From a bacterium (GTDB lineage Bacteria; DRYD01), in NCBI GenBank assembly GCA_030549815.1, contig JAUQQQ010000006.1, forward strand, positions 59,450-123,449: a DNA stretch of 64,000 nt, read 5' to 3'. Of the stretch, positions 61,175 through 64,000 are shown piece after piece. Below the pieces are notes generated by a model. That model saw nothing but the letters and a program-made list of their open reading frames with translations. It searched no databases and was not told where the DNA came from. The number at the start of each line of letters is the position of its first letter. Position 1 is the first letter of the stretch. Made by a program: the position numbers and the translations under genes.

Positions 61175-61275
61175 TACCTACCCGAAGGGAGGCTTCGCCG
61201 AATTTAATTTGGTAAAAAATTAATTGGTAAAAAGAAGGATATTAGTTTTAAATGCAGAATTTATGATTATAGACG

Positions 61276-61671
61276 ATGAATGAAGCATTGGTAATATCGG
61301 TATCAATCATTATAGGTTTTATAATAGTGGGCTTTTTGATATTTTTTGTATTAAATGGTTTTTTGAATTCATTAAACAGTAAGATAGATAGGTTGTTAAA
61401 TACTACAGATGAATTAAATCAGACATTGAGGAAAATGCAGGAGGTTATGGAAACAGCAAAACCTATCCTTTATAATCTACAGGAAGTTAGCGGGAATGTT
61501 AAAAAGATAACCAATAATGTTTCTGAAATTACCGGAGATGTTAGTTTTATCGTTAAAAAAGGAAGGATATCGGTTGAGGTTATTGAAAAAACTGCTAATA
61601 TGGGAATTTCTAAATTTAATGAAATGATTAAAAGTATGCTAAAAAGTAAATTAAAAGAGGAAAGCAAGTAG
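61276..61671 (+). CDS. DUF948/YtxG-like protein (TM plus coiled coil)
   Basis: N-terminal TM then amphipathic helix; precedes YtxH. Confidence 0.65.
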   Translation: MNEALVISVSIIIGFIIVGFLIFFVLNGFLNSLNSKIDRLLNTTDELNQTLRKMQEVMETAKPILYNLQEVSGNVKKITNNVSEITGDVSFIVKKGRISVEVIEKTANMGISKFNEMIKSMLKSKLKEESK

Positions 61672-61694
61672 TATGAAAAAGGAGGTAAGATAGT

Positions 61695-61967
61695 ATGAAA
61701 AATACAGGTGATATAATCGGAGCATTCTTAATTGGTGTTGCTGTCGGAACTATAATAGGAATATTATATGCACCACAAAGCGGAGAAGAAACAAGAAAAT
61801 TAATATCTGAAAAAAGCCAAAAAGCAAAAGAAGAAATTAGCGAACAAGTGGAAAAATTAAAAGAAGAATTTGATAAACTAAAAAAACAAGTATCAAAGGT
61901 TACAAGCGAAATTACTGAAAAGATAAGTCAACAGTTTGAGAAAAAAGTAGAAGCAAAAAATGAATAA
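61695..61967 (+). CDS. YtxH domain protein
   Basis: FLIGVAVG..GILYAPQSGEETR. Confidence 0.9.
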   Translation: MKNTGDIIGAFLIGVAVGTIIGILYAPQSGEETRKLISEKSQKAKEEISEQVEKLKEEFDKLKKQVSKVTSEITEKISQQFEKKVEAKNE

Positions 61968-62004
61968 CTCCTTTAAAGGGTTGGATGCTCAGGAGGATTT
62001 AATT

Positions 62005-62352
62005 ATGAATATAAGCGTTAAAACCGAAAAAATTGACGATATAACATTAATTGAAATAGATGGAGAAGTAGATACATATACTTCTTCTAAGATAAAACAG
62101 GATATATTACAAGTTGTTGAGCAAACACCTAAGATAATAATATCGATGGAAAAAGTTAAATTTATAGATAGTACGGGCTTAGGTATTTTAATTGGAGTTC
62201 TTAAAAAAGTTAAAGAAAAAGAAGGAGAAATGATTATCGTCTCTCCAAATTCCTACATAAACCAGATATTCGAAATCACTGGTCTTTTTAAGGTATTTAA
62301 AATAGTTGAAAATACACAACAAGCAATCGACTATTTAAGAAAATCGGAGTAA
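62005..62352 (+). CDS. STAS-domain anti-sigma factor antagonist (RsbV/SpoIIAA-like)
   Basis: GEVDTYT, FIDSTGLG, IFEITGL; ATG at 62005 follows AGGAGG. Confidence 0.92.
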   Translation: MNISVKTEKIDDITLIEIDGEVDTYTSSKIKQDILQVVEQTPKIIISMEKVKFIDSTGLGILIGVLKKVKEKEGEMIIVSPNSYINQIFEITGLFKVFKIVENTQQAIDYLRKSE

Positions 62353-62355
62353 TCG

Positions 62356-63111
62356 ATGATGGTTATAAATCTTGAAGGAAAAAACGCTTTAATAACAGGT
62401 GCTTCAAGAGGAATAGGAAGAGCAATAGCAATAAAATTAGCAGAAGCAAAAGCCAACGTAATTATAAATTACAGATCAAGTAAAGAAGAAGCCGAAAATT
62501 TAGCAAATTATATTTCCAAAGAATTTAGCGTTAAAGCTATTCCTATTCAAGCAGATGTCGGAGATTTCGAGCAGGTTAAAAAGATGAAAGAAATAATATC
62601 AAAAGAATTGGGACCTATACAAATACTTGTCAATAACGCAGGTATTACTAATGATAAGCTACTTAGAAATATGACCTATGATGTTTGGGATAGCGTAATA
62701 AAATCTAATCTTTATTCTGTATACAATACATGCTTTGTATTTTTAGAAGATATGTTAAGCAGTAGATGGGGAAGAATAATTAACATTTCTTCCATAGTTG
62801 GTTTGATGGGGTCAGCAGGGCAAGCTAATTACGCCGCTGCCAAAGCAGGTATTATCGGATTTACAAAATCAATAGCAAAAGAATACGCAAAGAGAAATAT
62901 AACATCTAACGTTGTTTGTCCAGGATACATAGAAACTGATATGACGTCAAAATTAGCTACAAAGATAAAAGAAACTATAATAGGTAATATACCTGTTGGA
63001 AAACCTGGGTTGCCTGAAGATGTCGCAAATTTAGTTGTATTCCTTGCTTCAGATTTGGCATCTTACATAACAGGTGAAGTTATAAACATTAGTGGTGGGC
63101 TCTATATGTAA
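62356..63111 (+). CDS. fabG: 3-oxoacyl-ACP reductase
   Basis: TGASRGIG, NNAGI, NISS, GQANYAAAKAG, PGYIETDMT. Confidence 0.88.
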   Translation: MMVINLEGKNALITGASRGIGRAIAIKLAEAKANVIINYRSSKEEAENLANYISKEFSVKAIPIQADVGDFEQVKKMKEIISKELGPIQILVNNAGITNDKLLRNMTYDVWDSVIKSNLYSVYNTCFVFLEDMLSSRWGRIINISSIVGLMGSAGQANYAAAKAGIIGFTKSIAKEYAKRNITSNVVCPGYIETDMTSKLATKIKETIIGNIPVGKPGLPEDVANLVVFLASDLASYITGEVINISGGLYM

Positions 63112-64000
63112 GTGGTTAATCTAGTTATTTTTAACCTTTCAATATTTTTGCTTCTTTTAGTTAGTGTCATATTTGTAGGGGTTGCAAATAATTTTGACCA
63201 AAAATTTATTAAACATATTTTTTCTATTTTAGTAGGTTTAGTATTTTTTATATTAGCTTCTATTGGAATTGTTAAGATAGATAAGGTAAAAAATTACGCT
63301 TTATTTTTATGGATTTTTTCTATATTCATTCTTGTATTGAACTTATTTGTTGGGACTACCGTTAACGGATCGAGAAGTTGGATATATATCGGTAATTTTT
63401 CATTTCAACCCGCAGAGTTAACCAAATTATCTCTTGTATTTCTTTTTGTCTTTTTATATAATTTAGTAAAAGAAAAAAATGTTTTCTTTTTTGTTTCTTT
63501 GTTTGTTGTATCCATAACTATTTTACCGATATTTATACAACCGGATTTAGGATTTTCTGTTCTTTTATTTTTATCAAATTTAATTATGAATTATGGTATA
63601 GGTGTTAACGGTTTTTTAGTTTTGTTTGTTTTGTCTGGTGCAGTTTTTGCAGGTAGTTTAGTAATGAAACCCTATCAAGTTGAAAGATTAACAACTTTTC
63701 TTGATCCGTATAAAGATCCATTAGGGAATGGATGGCAAACTATTCAAAGTGTTAATTGTATAATAAATGGGGGGATTTGGGGGCAGGGGATTGGAAAAGG
63801 AATGATATCTAAACTTGGCTTTCTTCCTGAAAAAGATACCGATTTCATTTTTTCCTTAATTACAGAAGAGGTAGGACTAATTGGCGCTTTATTTATTATT
63901 TTACTTTTTATTACACTTATTATTTGTATTCTTTTGGTTTTCAAAAATACTGATAAACAAGAGTATAAGATAATTAGTTTGTTTGTAGCTGCTGTTGTAT
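63112..64000 (+). CDS. SEDS protein RodA/FtsW; runs off the window end (partial)
   Basis: Manual translation from the GTG directly after the fabG stop: VNGSRSWI, FQPAELTK, QPDLG, FLDP..DPLGNGWQ, LPEKDTDFIFS..EE.G. Confidence 0.93.
   Translation, partial: MVNLVIFNLSIFLLLLVSVIFVGVANNFDQKFIKHIFSILVGLVFFILASIGIVKIDKVKNYALFLWIFSIFILVLNLFVGTTVNGSRSWIYIGNFSFQPAELTKLSLVFLFVFLYNLVKEKNVFFFVSLFVVSITILPIFIQPDLGFSVLLFLSNLIMNYGIGVNGFLVLFVLSGAVFAGSLVMKPYQVERLTTFLDPYKDPLGNGWQTIQSVNCIINGGIWGQGIGKGMISKLGFLPEKDTDFIFSLITEEVGLIGALFIILLFITLIICILLVFKNTDKQEYKIISLFVAAVV

Noticed and set aside
1802-63944. Many short antisense or nested ORFs in the track (for example 3451..3828, 9796..10230, 28532..29014, 48011..48301, 63744..63944)
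   Set aside because: They are shadows of well-supported genes on the other strand or frame, with F/S/I/L-biased composition.

Overview
A very AT-rich bacterial chromosomal window of mostly housekeeping genes in strongly scrambled order: dxs, rpsK-rpsD-rpoA without rpsM or rplQ, a Xer recombinase, dnaX, PBP1A, nucleoside salvage genes, murF, rel, an isolated nuoAB pair, a lone dnaK, gdhA, an orphan sdhC, pilT, coaE, rpe, fabG and a partial rodA/ftsW. Three tRNAs are present (Ile2-CAT, Lys-TTT, Cys-GCA). DnaK lacks the N-terminal insert typical of Gracilicutes, yet an outer-membrane beta-barrel is encoded, which suggests a diderm Terrabacteria-like lineage (inference). No CRISPR array, rRNA, IS element or prophage was seen. 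The most interesting items are: (1) a coiled-coil protein paired with a membrane Ser/Thr kinase carrying long Trp-x3-Gly-Phe repeats, divergent from a gene with a 21-bp heptad tandem repeat; (2) a compact H-type pseudoknot plus GNRA hairpin in the rpsK-rpsD spacer, a candidate S4 autoregulatory leader; (3) an ADP-ribosyltransferase-like gene split by one in-frame TAA, downstream of a secreted-protein gene; (4) a five-gene YaiO/GT2/deacetylase exopolysaccharide operon; (5) tRNAs abutting downstream CDSs with no usable leader; (6) a possible dnaX -1 frameshift site; (7) decayed clostripain and TreT remnants. All family calls come from motif recognition by eye; no database searches were run.
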